DNA of 64,000 nucleotides from contig OX597842.1 in the NCBI GenBank assembly GCA_951406725.2, positions 31,806,001 to 31,870,000 on the forward strand, in the 5' to 3' direction. Below, in pieces: positions 63,560 through 64,000 of this stretch. Positions within the stretch are counted from its first letter, which is position 1, and the number at the start of each line of letters is the position of its first letter. Position numbers and translations under genes: made by a program. The DNA comes from Octopus vulgaris (Eukaryota). Under the pieces are notes generated by a model. That model worked only from the letters and a program-made list of their open reading frames with translations, ran no database searches and had not been told where the DNA came from.

Positions 63560-63950
63560 TGTGGCTGTGTGGTAAGTAGCTTGCTTACGTACCACATGGT
63601 TCCGGGTTCAGTCCCACTGTGTGGCACCTTGGGCAAGTGTCTTCTACTATAGCCTCGGGCCGACCAAAGCCTTGTGAGTGGATTTGGTAGACAGAAACTG
63701 AAAGAAGCCCGTCGTATATATGTATATATATATATGTGTGTGTGTGTGTGTTTGTGTGTGTGTGTTTGTCCCCCTAGCATTGCTTGACAACCGATGCTGG
63801 TGTGTTTATGTCCCCGTTACTTTGCGGTTCAGCAAAAGAGACCGATAGAATAAGTACTGGGCCTACAAAAGAATAAATCCTGGGATCGATTTGATCGACT
63901 AAAAAGGTGGTGCTCCAGCATGGCCTCAGTCAAATAACTGAAACAAGTAA
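63560..63950 (+). mobile_element. SINE family A
   Basis: Matches the family. Confidence 0.9.
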
Positions 63951-64000
63951 AATTGTAATAGTAATATAATAAGAGAAAATAATAGTTTTAATAGTTTTTA

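Overview
Repeat-rich eukaryotic genomic DNA. It has GT-AG introns, dense microsatellites and a 100-N assembly gap at 15521-15620. The SINE and MITE families match those I recall from octopus/cephalopod genomes; this assignment is unverified. The only host coding sequence I can support is on the minus strand at 1.8-15.3 kb: two tandem ~12.4-kb units, each with 228-nt phase-0 exons encoding a PARP9/14/15-type macrodomain. The two copies have near-identical introns but divergent exons. In exon A a hand count gives 15 amino-acid changes against 2 synonymous codons, clustered at the predicted ADP-ribose-binding loop. The rest of the window is transposon debris (Tc1, mariner, hAT, CR1, RTE, Penelope, SINEs, foldback MITEs), decayed zinc-finger-like repeats in which His is consistently Tyr, and tandem arrays. 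The arrays include a 22-copy array made from the last 140 nt of an RTE LINE, multimeric SINEs sharing one junction, and two young satellites (69 bp and 62 bp) that appear to derive from the two halves of an older alternating dimer repeat. Most long ORFs in the supplied track are microsatellite artefacts. All counts and identities are by hand.
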